NCBI GenBank assembly: GCA_035272625.1
Contig: DATEQN010000045.1
Span: 5,918 to 69,917 of the forward strand
DNA length: 64,000 bases
DNA from: Terriglobales bacterium
Lineage (GTDB): Bacteria > Acidobacteriota > Terriglobia > Terriglobales > Acidobacteriaceae
Direction of reading: 5' to 3'
This document shows, one piece after another, positions 19,620 to 29,265 of the stretch. The translations under genes and the position numbers were made by a program. Positions within the stretch are counted from its first letter, which is position 1; the number at the start of each line of letters is the position of its first letter. The notes under the pieces were generated by a model that saw only the letters and a list, made by a program, of their open reading frames with translations, was not told the origin of the DNA and searched no databases.

Positions 19620-20384
19620 TTACACCAATGCGGCATCGCAGGCGACGCGAAACCCGTAGTCCGCATACTTGAAGTCCGGAGGGATGCTGGAGCGCGCAGC
19701 GCAGCGCGACATCTTGATGTGGTGACGCCAGGAGCCGCCGCGGGAAGCGCGCCGTTCGCCAGTTTCGGGACCTCGTGGATTGCGCTCGGGGGAAACCGCA
19801 TAATATGCGGGCGCATACCAGTCGCTGCACCACTCGTGCACATTGTCACACATGTTGTAGAGGCCGAATGCATTCGATTCCCCGCGGCCAACGGGCTCGG
19901 GACCCGTCTTCCAACAATCATTGCAACGGTCGTCGTAGCCGGGCAGGGACTGCGGAGGCGCATCTCCCCACGGGAACAGTGCGCCCGCGACCTCACTGCC
20001 TCCGCGAGCCGCGCGCTCCCACTCGGCCTCGGTCGGCAAGCGGAAATTTCTGCCGGTGCTTGCGCTGAGCCACTCGCAGTAACGGATTGCCTCGTGCCAC
20101 GACACTCCGACAACAGGTTGCTCGGAATGGTTGAACGCCGGATCGCTCCAGAACGGTGGAGGCGAGGAAGCGGTGTCGCGCAGAAATCGCCCGTAGTCGG
20201 CATTGGTGGCCTGGCACGCGGCGAGAAGAAATTCGTCAACCCAGACCCTATGCACCGGTTTTTCGTTGTCCTGTCCCGTGTCGCAGCCCATGAGGAACCA
20301 TCCCGGGGGGATGTGGACGAGCGCGGAAGCGTATTCTTTGGCTCGGGGCTGAGAAAGCAGTAACGTCGGTTCCGTCGGATCCAT
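19620..20384 (-). CDS. Formylglycine-generating enzyme (SUMF1/FGE-sulfatase domain) family protein
   Basis: FGE-domain motifs: PVHRVWVDEFLLAACQATNADY, VVGVSWHEAIRYCEWL, FRLPTEAEWERAARGG, NVHEWCSDWY, RGGSW. ATG 20384 lies 4 nt after the thiE stop. Confidence 0.8.
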   Translation of the reverse strand: MDPTEPTLLLSQPRAKEYASALVHIPPGWFLMGCDTGQDNEKPVHRVWVDEFLLAACQATNADYGRFLRDTASSPPPFWSDPAFNHSEQPVVGVSWHEAIRYCEWLSASTGRNFRLPTEAEWERAARGGSEVAGALFPWGDAPPQSLPGYDDRCNDCWKTGPEPVGRGESNAFGLYNMCDNVHEWCSDWYAPAYYAVSPERNPRGPETGERRASRGGSWRHHIKMSRCAARSSIPPDFKYADYGFRVACDAALV

Positions 20385-20388
20385 GGTG

Positions 20389-21087
20389 TCAGAGCGCTCG
20401 CAGGGCGCGGACGACATCTTCGATTTTATTCTCCTGAAACAAGCGGATGGCCGCGACGCCGGCCGCTCCAGCTCTTAGGCACGATGCGGCGTTTTCTATG
20501 GTTACGCCACCGAGTGCGAAAACCGGGATTTTCGCCCGGCAGGCTTCATGCAAGGCGGCCAGTCCTGTAGGTCGCGTTCCGGGAGCACTGCTCTTTCCGA
20601 ATACCGGAGCGAAAACGGCGAAGTCGGCGGCCTCGGACTCGGCGTGGAAGACATCGGCGGCAGTGTGGCAGGAGGCAGCCACCAGGAAATGGTCAGCGGG
20701 CAGTGACCGGTGGGCAGAAGCGTTCAACACCTGCCGCACTTCATCTGGGGTGATATCATCCGCGCGCAGATGAACGCCGTCCGCTCCCACGGCGAGCGCA
20801 ACGTCGGTGCGTGAGTTAATCAGGAGACGAGTTCTCAATTCTGGTCCAGTGCTCAGTTCCCGGTTCTCAGTCCTCAGTGGAACGCTGTTGCGCACGGCAG
20901 CCAGGGCGTCCCGTGCCAGCATTTCCAGCTCTCTCGCGCTCAGATCCTTTTCGCGGAGGTGGATGTATTCGACGCCGGCACGCGCGGCTTCGGAGACTTT
21001 GGCGAGCAGAGCGCGGCGGCGGGCGTGTTCATCGCCGCGAAATTGGCTTCGGTCGGTGATGTAATAGAGCAGACAGCGGTCAGCCAT
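20389..21087 (-). CDS. thiE: Thiamine-phosphate synthase
   Basis: 232 aa. LYYITDR...YIHLREKDL...LLINSRTDVALAVGADGVHL...VFALGGV is the ThiE pattern. The gene carries an extra low-complexity segment (see findings). Confidence 0.8.
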   Translation of the reverse strand: MADRCLLYYITDRSQFRGDEHARRRALLAKVSEAARAGVEYIHLREKDLSARELEMLARDALAAVRNSVPLRTENRELSTGPELRTRLLINSRTDVALAVGADGVHLRADDITPDEVRQVLNASAHRSLPADHFLVAASCHTAADVFHAESEAADFAVFAPVFGKSSAPGTRPTGLAALHEACRAKIPVFALGGVTIENAASCLRAGAAGVAAIRLFQENKIEDVVRALRAL

Positions 21088-21231
21088 CAGCTCTCAGCGT
21101 ACTACGAGAGATTCGTCTGTAGTGCGGACACTCCCGTTCGCGAACCTTTGCACTACAACGAATATGGAGTCGCGGTTGCCGCAGGCAGCCCTTTCTACAC
21201 GAACTAGGGCGGGGCGGAGCCCACAGGGGCG

Positions 21232-22569
21232 CTACGGCTGACCGGTGAACAACTTCAAATTCTCAGCCTTCCAGCGCATCGCCGCGTAAATGCGATTGCG
21301 CCCGCTGGGGTGATCGAAAAAGATGAACTCCTCGATGGGACTGGGATTCATCTTGCGATATTCGCCGAGATGGATGGCGGCCTGGGCAAAGCCATCGGGC
21401 TGGCGGGCCGTGTTCAGGCCGTACATGTCGGCCTCGATTTCCTGAGTGCGAGTGAACGTGTTGTCGATGGGGGTGGTGACAAAACCAAAGATGGATACCA
21501 GCAGCACCACGAGCGGAAGAACCGCCGTATCACCCACGCCCCGAATCTGCCACTTCTCGCCCCAGCGTTGGAGCGTCCAGTTGAGTCCCCAGAACAAATA
21601 GGCGAAGGCGACCACGGTGATGATCAGCTGATACATGATGCTCTTGTAAATGTGGTTCATCACGTAGTGCCCCATCTCGTGTCCCATGACCGCCTGAATC
21701 TCTTCCGGCGATCCGCGGCGCAGGAGGTTGTCATTGAGAGTGATGCGCATGGTGCTTGCGAAGCCACTTACGTTGGCGCTCATCCTTGTGGTCTGCCTTG
21801 ACGCATCGATCTCATATACATCTTTCGCGGGGATTCCATTGGCCCGCGCCATGCTCAGGATGGGGTCAACAATTTTCGGATCGTCGAGGCGGGTAACTTT
21901 ATTGAAGATCGGAAAGATGTAGACCGGGGAAATGAGCACAACAAAAATCAAGAACACAATGGTCGCGACCGAACCCCAGATCCACCAGGTTCGGGGGAGA
22001 CGGCGAACAATGCCGAATAGCATCACCACCAGGATGCCGCCCAGCACCAGGTTTACGCCCAGATTCTTCACCTGATCCATCATCCAGGGGCCAAAGGTTT
22101 GGGTGGCGAGTCCGTATTTGTGCTCGCGGAAATAATTCTCATAAACGGTGAGCGGGAAAACGAGAATGGAAGTGAGCAGGAGGTATTGCAGCCAGTACAC
22201 GAAGGTGTGCACTGGTTTGAAGCGGGTGACCCGCTCCGCCAGATCTCGCATGCGTGCCGACCAGCGCAGATTCAGCAACAGCAGCGCGACCACGACTCCA
22301 TAGAGAAAGTCCCAAAGAATCAGCCAATAGCCCCCTTCGAAATAGGCGTTGGAACGGGCCGTCTTGTCGGCAGGAATCTGCGCGAGGTAAGCGTTGGTGG
22401 CCGCACTGGCATCGAAGTGCGGCGAGGGCTGTGCCTCCGCCGGAACCTGGATCACGGATGGCATCTGGTTTGCAGCCGGTGGTTGAGCGAGCGCGGTCGT
22501 CGCGCAGAAAGTTGCGCAGAAAAAAATCTGGCAACCGAGTGCTGTCGCCAAGAATGTTCGTGAAAGCAT
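21232..22569 (-). CDS. M48 family (Ste24/HtpX-like) zinc metallopeptidase, membrane-bound
   Basis: HEMGHYVMNH zinc motif, multiple TM helices, and a C-terminal FFDHPS block typical of Ste24-type M48 peptidases. Start placed at MLSRTFLATALG (22569); the longest ORF runs to 22686. Confidence 0.8.
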   Translation of the reverse strand: MLSRTFLATALGCQIFFCATFCATTALAQPPAANQMPSVIQVPAEAQPSPHFDASAATNAYLAQIPADKTARSNAYFEGGYWLILWDFLYGVVVALLLLNLRWSARMRDLAERVTRFKPVHTFVYWLQYLLLTSILVFPLTVYENYFREHKYGLATQTFGPWMMDQVKNLGVNLVLGGILVVMLFGIVRRLPRTWWIWGSVATIVFLIFVVLISPVYIFPIFNKVTRLDDPKIVDPILSMARANGIPAKDVYEIDASRQTTRMSANVSGFASTMRITLNDNLLRRGSPEEIQAVMGHEMGHYVMNHIYKSIMYQLIITVVAFAYLFWGLNWTLQRWGEKWQIRGVGDTAVLPLVVLLVSIFGFVTTPIDNTFTRTQEIEADMYGLNTARQPDGFAQAAIHLGEYRKMNPSPIEEFIFFDHPSGRNRIYAAMRWKAENLKLFTGQP

Positions 22570-22714
22570 TTTTGTTTGTCTCCGGGAAAAACCGACCCGT
22601 AGAAGTGTATACGGAGTCAGGCAGCTGCGGGTTCCATCTTGATCGGGTGCAGGGGCGCCAGCACTCCGCATCCTGATCGAGAGCACGCGGACAAGAGTGT
22701 CTGCGCCCCACTGG

Positions 22715-23602
22715 CTAAGGCCGCGTCTTGGCGATTTCGGGGACGGCTGTCTCGCCGGTCCGCTTGGGTTGTTGCGGGGTGAGATGGTATTTCGTCAGTC
22801 CGTCCTTCAGAAATTTAAAACTTTCTTCTGGCGAATCCGACATCTTGAACAGATCGAGATCTGGCGCTGAGATCACGCCGGCGTCGACCATGGCTTCGAA
22901 ATTGATGATCTTTTTCCAATAATCGCTGCCATAGATGACAACAACAATTTTTTTGGCCAGTTTCTCCGTCTGCGCGAGGGTGAGGATTTCAAAAAGTTCG
23001 TCGAGCGTGCCGAAACCGCCGGGAAAAATCACCAGCGCCTTGGAGAGGTACGCGAACCAGAACTTACGCATGAAGAAGTAATGGAACTCGAAGTTGAGCG
23101 AAGGCGTGATGTAGGGGTTCGGATTCTGCTCGAAGGGCAGGTTGATGTTGAGGCCGATGGTTTTTCCTCCAGCCTCGTGAGCGCCGAGATTTGCAGCCTC
23201 CATAATCCCCGAGCCGCCGCCTGTGGTGACCACAAAGCGGTGGCGCTTGGCGGGGATGTGGGTGGACCATTCAGTCAGCAGGAAGGCCAGCCGGCGCGCG
23301 TCTTCGTAGTAGCGGGCCATGCCAACCGCAGCCTCGGCGCGCTTCATATTATTGGCTTGCTGTGCGACAGAAGCCGGCGCGCCGTTGCCGCGGACTTCGG
23401 TCAACCGGTTCGAGGCGTTGTCGCGACTGTGAATGCGGGCGGAGCCGAAGAACACGACCGTGTCCTGGATCTGTTCGCGCCGGAAGCGCGAGAGCGGCTC
23501 GCTGTACTCGGACAGCAGGCGCAGAATTCTGCCGTCAGGACTATTGAGAAATGGTTCGTTCTGATACGCGAGGGGAGCGGGCTTGAGCTTTTGATCAGTC
23601 AT
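22715..23602 (-). CDS. LOG family protein (TIGR00730; nucleotide 5'-monophosphate nucleosidase-like)
   Basis: VVTTGGGSGIMEAANLGA and the PGGFGTLDELFE motifs define the LOG/lysine-decarboxylase-like family. Confidence 0.85.
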   Translation of the reverse strand: MTDQKLKPAPLAYQNEPFLNSPDGRILRLLSEYSEPLSRFRREQIQDTVVFFGSARIHSRDNASNRLTEVRGNGAPASVAQQANNMKRAEAAVGMARYYEDARRLAFLLTEWSTHIPAKRHRFVVTTGGGSGIMEAANLGAHEAGGKTIGLNINLPFEQNPNPYITPSLNFEFHYFFMRKFWFAYLSKALVIFPGGFGTLDELFEILTLAQTEKLAKKIVVVIYGSDYWKKIINFEAMVDAGVISAPDLDLFKMSDSPEESFKFLKDGLTKYHLTPQQPKRTGETAVPEIAKTRP

Positions 23603-23612
23603 AAGTAAATCA

Positions 23613-23711
23613 GTCGTTGGCTGCTAGTCGTCGGTCGTTCGGCGTCGGTCGTCGAGTATATGGAGGCTCCAGCAAAGCCCCCTGTTCGGGACCGACCATC
23701 GACCATCGACC
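23613..23711. repeat. Hairpin element with tandem-heptamer arms (family A), intergenic copy
   Basis: The left arm is built of GTCGTYGG-type units. The right arm GACCGACCATCGACCATCGACC is the complement of GGTCGATGG units. The arms and a CCGAACA(A/G)GG core are shared with the copy at 31481-31590, in inverted orientation. Confidence 0.7.
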
Positions 23712-23720
23712 AAACATCCG

Positions 23721-24095
23721 TTATTCATTCTCTTCTCGATATTGAATGGCCTCCCAAAATCCGATCCACACATTGAGCGCACCCAAGCCGGTCGAAAGGC
23801 CGCGCACGAACCCGCTGGATACCACGGCGCGAAGCGTAGGATACGGGAGCAGGAGAGGGTTGTCGGACCACTCCGGGCGCCAGGGCAGGATGATGAGCAT
23901 GACCCCGATGGTCGCACACAGAAACACGAACAGAAGCACTCCGATGCGGCGAAGCCACAGACGCGCCGCCGAAGGCGAGCGCCTGGAAACGGAAACGGGC
24001 ACGCCAACGACCGGGACAGATGTTTCCACCGGAGACTTAAGTTCTCCGACACCGGTGGTGTCGCTGGCAAAAGGCAGCTTGGGATCGGAAATCAT
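23721..24095 (-). CDS. Small membrane protein, unknown function
   Basis: The C-terminal part LWLRRIGVLLFVFLCATIGVMLIILPWRPEW...GFVRGLSTGLGALNVWIGFW has two hydrophobic helices. Start at MISDPKL (24095) is chosen only by position after the upstream stop. Confidence 0.45.
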   Translation of the reverse strand: MISDPKLPFASDTTGVGELKSPVETSVPVVGVPVSVSRRSPSAARLWLRRIGVLLFVFLCATIGVMLIILPWRPEWSDNPLLLPYPTLRAVVSSGFVRGLSTGLGALNVWIGFWEAIQYREENE

Positions 24096-24178
24096 TGCAC
24101 GCGTCGTTGTGAGTAAGGCCGTGGGGTGGCGGGATCGGGTCGCGTCCCCACGCAAATTCTGAACCCACTTGGTGCATT

Positions 24179-27100
24179 CTACGACTTCAGAGCCCGAATG
24201 CGCTCGGCCACGTCGCGATAATCGATATTTGCGCCGTACACGTCGGTGAAATAACGCAGAGCGGCGGGCTTGTCCTTGGCAGTTTCGCATGCCGAGCCGA
24301 GCTCATAGTTGATGGCGAGACGCACTTCGTCATCGAGCCGGGGGATGCTGAGCGCCTTTTGATACCAGCGGATGGCGGCTTCAGGAACTCCTTTGTCGAT
24401 AAAGCACTGCGCCAGCCAGGTGTAGGTTTGGACAGGCTGCGAAAATGTCTTGCCGCGATCGATCGAGGTGCAGACCTTCTGTAATTCGGCGATGGCTTCG
24501 TCGAGCAGACCCATTTCGCGGAAGGCAACTCCCAGGTTGTAATGCGTTTCCGGATCGTCGTCGCCGGCAATAACCTCTTCTTCGAGTTCCTGTTTCAACT
24601 CGCCAAACATCTCCGAAAGATCGACGCTGCCGGAGGGATGCATCGCCTGGGCTCCATCTCCCAGAGGGCGTAGGACAGCTTCGCCATAGCTCATCGCGGG
24701 AACGGTCATCGCGGGAACGCTCATGGCGGGAGCGGCAGCGGTTGCGGCGCCTCCCGCCGAGGCTGCGATCGCTGGCATGGCCGCCGGGGCAATTTCAATT
24801 TCCATGCTTGCCACGGGCTCATTTGCCACAGGCTCCGCTTCCGGCTCCGGCATTCTTGAAGTGTCCGGCACGGGCGCGACCGGCCAACTCGGCAGCGGTT
24901 GGGTGTTGGTGGGCTGGGCTATCGGTAGCTGGGTTGCCGGAAATTGGGTAGCAGGTGGCGGCGCTTGCGGGAAAGAATCACCGAGCGAAGCTTCCAGATC
25001 TGCGACAAATGCGGTCAGCTCGCTTGCCTGCGCAGGTAAGGCTTCTGAGTGAGCAGCTTCTGCGAAGTGAGGTTGGGCGTAGTCCGGTTCCGGAGCTTGT
25101 TCCGCCGGAGCTTCGTTATGGTTCTCGTCGTGTGTCTGGCGGTGGTAGGCGGCCAGCAGATCGGACGAGGTTGTGATCTCGGACCCGTGCTGAGCCTCCA
25201 TCGTAACTTCGAAATCCGCGGGCTCGTCGGCGTTGATCTCGGTGATTTCTGGTTCTGGCTCCTCAGGAGGCTGGCCGGCGGATTCGACGGCGGCGCGCAA
25301 CGGATCGAGAACGCGGGCATCGCTGGTCAGGGATTCGAGCTTCTGGATCCCGGCGCGAGCCTGGTCCGCCATGAAGTGCTCGAGATAGAAACGGATTTCT
25401 TCGACCGTCTCGGCGATTTCGGGATTGCTGAGAGCATCGGCGTTGGCTTCGCCTTCGACGGTGGCCGACAGTTCTGCGACCGGAGCGTCCTGGTCGTTGG
25501 CAAGAGAATGCTCCCACTCAGAGGAAAGGTCGGTGGAGAGTTCGGATGAAAGTTCGGAGGAAAGCTCGTGCGCGTCGGAAAGCGCCGGCACCGCCAATTC
25601 CTGGACGGCGAATTCTGGATGCGTGGCAGCGGCAATCTCGCGATCGGAAGCCGCGGTCGCGGCCATCGGCCAAGGCGCGGTCGGAGTCGCAGCGCCACCG
25701 CGGGCGGACGGAGCAGAGGCGGATGATGCAGAAGTCGATGATGTGGAAATCAGCGGAGCGGCTTCCGCGGTCTTTTCGTAGCGCGCTGCCAATTCTCCGT
25801 AGCGCACGGCTTCATCCGGGTATCCGGCGTCGTGGTACACGCCCTCCAGTGTGCGGCAGCAGACGGCGGCTTCGGTAAAGCGCTGGAAACGCGTATGAAG
25901 ACCGGCCAGGCGCTGGTTCAGGCGCACGTCGCGCGGCGCCTGCGGCAGCGCGCCCAGCAGCGGCACGACCGCCTTTTCTGGCAAATTGTAGGAAAGGAAC
26001 AGATCCGCATCGGTGACCGCCGAGCGCACTGCAATTGCAAGGTCGTCGGGATAGGGCTGGTCGATAACCGGCGCAATCGCTTCCAACTCCTCCACGATGA
26101 CCGCCCCTTCCTCGGCGGTGATCCCGATGGCCGGCGGTTCTCCTTCCATGCGCCCCACCACCTGCTGATAATTCTGCATATGTAACGAGTTCTGGGGCTC
26201 GGTGGTGGCCAGCATCTGGTACAGGTCGCGAGCGCGGGCCAGGCTGCCGTCCTTGACCGAGGCGTGCGCCAGAAGCTCGGTGACTTCGTTGACGTGCGTG
26301 CTCTCGCCGGCTTTGCTCAGCAGCTGCAGCAGCGTGTCCAGCGCGCCCGAGTCGTCGCGCACATGGCCGATCATGGAATGCAGGCTGGCCAGCAGTTTGG
26401 TCGAGTCGGTTGCCAGCAGGCGATCGGCATGCCGGTTGTAAACCTCGAGTGCCTCGCGATTTCGACCAAGGCGGGTGCAGCCCTCCGCCAGCAGAAACAG
26501 ACCCTCGGGATCGTTGTGCACCGCGAGCAGTTTCTCTGCAATCGGGGTAGCCTTGGGCAAGTCCCCGATTTGCAGGTAGGCCTTCAGGAGATCCCGCAAA
26601 CCTTCGGGATGAGAATCGAGGTCGGCGGCCTTCTCCAGGTAGGCGACGGCGTTCTTCGGATCGTCGCCCTCGAGGGCGGCCCTCCCGCGCAACAACAGAA
26701 CGTAACTGTTGCCCGGATCGAGCGTCAGCATCCGCTTCAGAATGTCCTCGGCGGCGGCGAGCGATCCACGCGAGCGCAACGATTCCGCCGCCGCACTGAA
26801 AATCTCCCACGCCTCTTTCTTCTTATTCAGCCGGACATAGACCTCGGCGAGTTTGACCCGCATGGGCACGTTCTCCGGGTCCATTTCAAGGACCTTCTGG
26901 AAAAGGCGCACGGATTGATCGAGGTCGCCATTCTTCATGAAATCTTCGGCGACTTGCAGGTACTGGGCGCGGGCGTCGTTGAACAGCCCCTGCTGGGTGT
27001 AAAGTTCCGCCAGTTTCAGAGATGAATCCACGCTCGGCTGAAGCTTGGTGATCTTCTTGTACATGGCGATGCCCTTGACGGTGAAGCCCTGCGCCGCATA

Positions 27101-27316
27101 AGCATCGCCCACTGTCTTGAAGCACTCGATAGCCTTGGCGCTGTCCCCAAGACGAGCGTAGAGGTCGCCGATGGTGTTGTTGACGGTAAGATCCTTGGCA
27201 TCGTGCTTCAGGATCTTGTCATACTCAGCGATGGCGTTCTGCAGCTTGCCCTGCTGGACAAACTTTTCCGCGGCGCTGAGAACCTTTTGTTTGTTAAAGC
27301 CAAAACCAAACGCCAT
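24179..27316 (-). CDS. Large tetratricopeptide-repeat protein with central acidic/Pro/Ala-rich linker
   Basis: The N-terminal ~500 aa and C-terminal ~150 aa show repeated TPR-like A/Y/L patterns (AIAEYDKILKHD, AIECFKTVGDAYAAQG, YNLGVAFREMGLLDEAIAELQK). The middle is low complexity and includes an ELSSELSSELSTDLSSE run. Start at MAFGFGFNKQK (27316). Confidence 0.75.
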   Translation of the reverse strand: MAFGFGFNKQKVLSAAEKFVQQGKLQNAIAEYDKILKHDAKDLTVNNTIGDLYARLGDSAKAIECFKTVGDAYAAQGFTVKGIAMYKKITKLQPSVDSSLKLAELYTQQGLFNDARAQYLQVAEDFMKNGDLDQSVRLFQKVLEMDPENVPMRVKLAEVYVRLNKKKEAWEIFSAAAESLRSRGSLAAAEDILKRMLTLDPGNSYVLLLRGRAALEGDDPKNAVAYLEKAADLDSHPEGLRDLLKAYLQIGDLPKATPIAEKLLAVHNDPEGLFLLAEGCTRLGRNREALEVYNRHADRLLATDSTKLLASLHSMIGHVRDDSGALDTLLQLLSKAGESTHVNEVTELLAHASVKDGSLARARDLYQMLATTEPQNSLHMQNYQQVVGRMEGEPPAIGITAEEGAVIVEELEAIAPVIDQPYPDDLAIAVRSAVTDADLFLSYNLPEKAVVPLLGALPQAPRDVRLNQRLAGLHTRFQRFTEAAVCCRTLEGVYHDAGYPDEAVRYGELAARYEKTAEAAPLISTSSTSASSASAPSARGGAATPTAPWPMAATAASDREIAAATHPEFAVQELAVPALSDAHELSSELSSELSTDLSSEWEHSLANDQDAPVAELSATVEGEANADALSNPEIAETVEEIRFYLEHFMADQARAGIQKLESLTSDARVLDPLRAAVESAGQPPEEPEPEITEINADEPADFEVTMEAQHGSEITTSSDLLAAYHRQTHDENHNEAPAEQAPEPDYAQPHFAEAAHSEALPAQASELTAFVADLEASLGDSFPQAPPPATQFPATQLPIAQPTNTQPLPSWPVAPVPDTSRMPEPEAEPVANEPVASMEIEIAPAAMPAIAASAGGAATAAAPAMSVPAMTVPAMSYGEAVLRPLGDGAQAMHPSGSVDLSEMFGELKQELEEEVIAGDDDPETHYNLGVAFREMGLLDEAIAELQKVCTSIDRGKTFSQPVQTYTWLAQCFIDKGVPEAAIRWYQKALSIPRLDDEVRLAINYELGSACETAKDKPAALRYFTDVYGANIDYRDVAERIRALKS

Positions 27317-27650
27317 AAGGGGTGCGGACTCCAGCCTTTTCCCCGCCGAACACCTGCGATTTCCGCCGGCGTTGCCCAACGGGTCCGAACCTCGCCGGGA
27401 GATTCCCAGGCGAAACACCGCTAACCGCGCAAACGGAATCGCGGAGTAAGCTGATTGTAAGGCCGGGCATCGTCAGTCCGATGGTTACTGACGATTACCG
27501 GGGGTTACCGAAAGGGAGTGTACGTCCGGTTCCGAAACACCCGGCTTCGCGCTTCCAGAATGGGAGGGAAACGGTTCCCATATGCCCAGCCGCCGTTCAT
27601 GGTGTATCCTGCTACTCCTGCATTCCCAATGTCGCAATTGAGGAAACACC

Positions 27651-28013
27651 GTGGCCTCACCCAGGAAGAACAGGATTCCTACCAAAGTAGATCTCTACGA
27701 CAAGCTCATCGCAACCCATCCCCAGATCGAACGCAAGGGCGCTGCCAATCCTTACACTTCTCTGAATGGTCACATGTTTACCATTCTGCAGGACTCGCGC
27801 TCCCTGGCCATCAGACTCCCTGAGGATAAGCGAGAGGAGTTCTTGAAGAAGTACAAGACCACGCTGTTCAAGGCGTACGGCGCCATCATGAAAGAGTATG
27901 TCGCGGTTCCCGACGCATTATTGAAAAAGACGAAAGAACTGCAAAAGTATCTCGAATTAAGCTACGAATATGTCAAGACGTTGAAGCCCAAACCAACCAA
28001 GAAGAAGTCTTGA
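27651..28013 (+). CDS. Hypothetical protein (120 aa), Lys-rich C-terminus
   Basis: ORF with GAGGAAA 6 nt upstream of GTG 27651. By eye it has lower G+C than its neighbours. I recognise no motif with confidence. It lies on the same strand, 57 nt upstream of the BNR protein. Confidence 0.5.
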   Translation: MASPRKNRIPTKVDLYDKLIATHPQIERKGAANPYTSLNGHMFTILQDSRSLAIRLPEDKREEFLKKYKTTLFKAYGAIMKEYVAVPDALLKKTKELQKYLELSYEYVKTLKPKPTKKKS

Positions 28014-28070
28014 TTGGCGGGGGTCTGGTTCGGCCGCTGATCTATTTTAAGGTTCGCGAAGGAGCTACGC

Positions 28071-29255
28071 ATGAGCCAGGTACGGGTTCTGGTGGGTACG
28101 CGCAAAGGCGCATTCGTTCTGACGTCGGACGGCAAACGCGAAAAATGGGATGTTAGCGGTCCGCACTTCGCCGGCTGGGAAATGTATCACCTCAAGGGGT
28201 CTCCCGCTGATCCGAATCGCATTTACGCCTCGCAGACGAGCGGATGGTACGGGCAGATCATCCAGCGCTCCGACGATGGCGGCAAAACCTGGCATCAGCC
28301 GGGAACGCCCGCCGGAGCGCCGGTCGTGCCGGGTCCACCGAAGAGTGCAAGCAATAAGTTCGCCTACGACGCGTCTGCCCGGCCACTCACCACGCATCAG
28401 TGGTATGACGGCACGCAACGTCCGTGGGAGTTCAAGCGCGTGTGGCACCTGGAGCCGTCGCGCACCGACCCGGACACGGTTTACGCCGGCGTGGAAGACG
28501 CCGCCCTCTTTCGCTCGACCGACGGCGGCGAGAACTGGAAGGAACTCCCCGGCCTGCGCGGCCACGGCACCGGGCCGAAGTGGCAGCCGGGCGCGGGCGG
28601 GATGTGCCTGCACACTATTATTCTTGATCCCAGCTTTGGTTCTGGAGAACCGCAGCGGATATACGTTGCAATCTCGGCGGCGGGCGCCTTCCGCACCGAC
28701 GACGGCGGCGCTACCTGGAAGCCGATCAACCGCGGACTGTATTCGCAATACATTCCCGACCCACGCGCGGAGGTCGGGCATTGCGTTCACCACGTCGCCA
28801 TGCATCCGCAGCGCCCGAATGTGCTCTTCATGCAGAAGCATTGGGATGTCATGCGCAGCAACGACGCCGGCGATTCGTGGCAGGAGGTCAGCGGCAACCT
28901 GCCCACAGATTTCGGGTTCGTGATTGACGTTCACGCCCACGAGCCGGAGACCATCTACGTCGTCCCCATCAAGAGCGACTCGGAGCACTTTGTCCCGGAT
29001 GGCAAACTGCGCGTCTTCCGCAGCCGCACCGGCGGAAACGAGTGGGAGCCACTGACCAAGGGCTTGCCGCAAAGCAACTGCTACGTCAACGTGCTGCGGG
29101 ACGCGATGGCTGTCGATTCGCTTGATGAGTGCGGCGTTTACTTCGGGACGAGCGGCGGGCAGGTCTATGCGTCGGCCGATGCGGGAGACAGTTGGGCTCC
29201 CATTGTCCGCGACCTTCCGGGCGTGCTTTCGGTTGAGGTGCAGACGCTGGCGTGA
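28071..29255 (+). CDS. BNR/Asp-box repeat beta-propeller protein (sialidase / Ycf48-like fold)
   Basis: Five Asp-box motifs of the SxDxGxxW type ([41 protein letters not shown]) spread over 394 aa. No signal peptide is evident. Confidence 0.8.
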   Translation: MSQVRVLVGTRKGAFVLTSDGKREKWDVSGPHFAGWEMYHLKGSPADPNRIYASQTSGWYGQIIQRSDDGGKTWHQPGTPAGAPVVPGPPKSASNKFAYDASARPLTTHQWYDGTQRPWEFKRVWHLEPSRTDPDTVYAGVEDAALFRSTDGGENWKELPGLRGHGTGPKWQPGAGGMCLHTIILDPSFGSGEPQRIYVAISAAGAFRTDDGGATWKPINRGLYSQYIPDPRAEVGHCVHHVAMHPQRPNVLFMQKHWDVMRSNDAGDSWQEVSGNLPTDFGFVIDVHAHEPETIYVVPIKSDSEHFVPDGKLRVFRSRTGGNEWEPLTKGLPQSNCYVNVLRDAMAVDSLDECGVYFGTSGGQVYASADAGDSWAPIVRDLPGVLSVEVQTLA

Positions 29256-29265
29256 TCGAGCAGAC

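Noticed and set aside
21088-21231. Possible TPP riboswitch upstream of thiE
   Set aside because: Only a CTGAGA hexamer next to the ATG and two short stems are present. The conserved ACCTGATCTGGATAATGCCAGCG-type core and the GGGG/CCC P1-P2 elements are absent.
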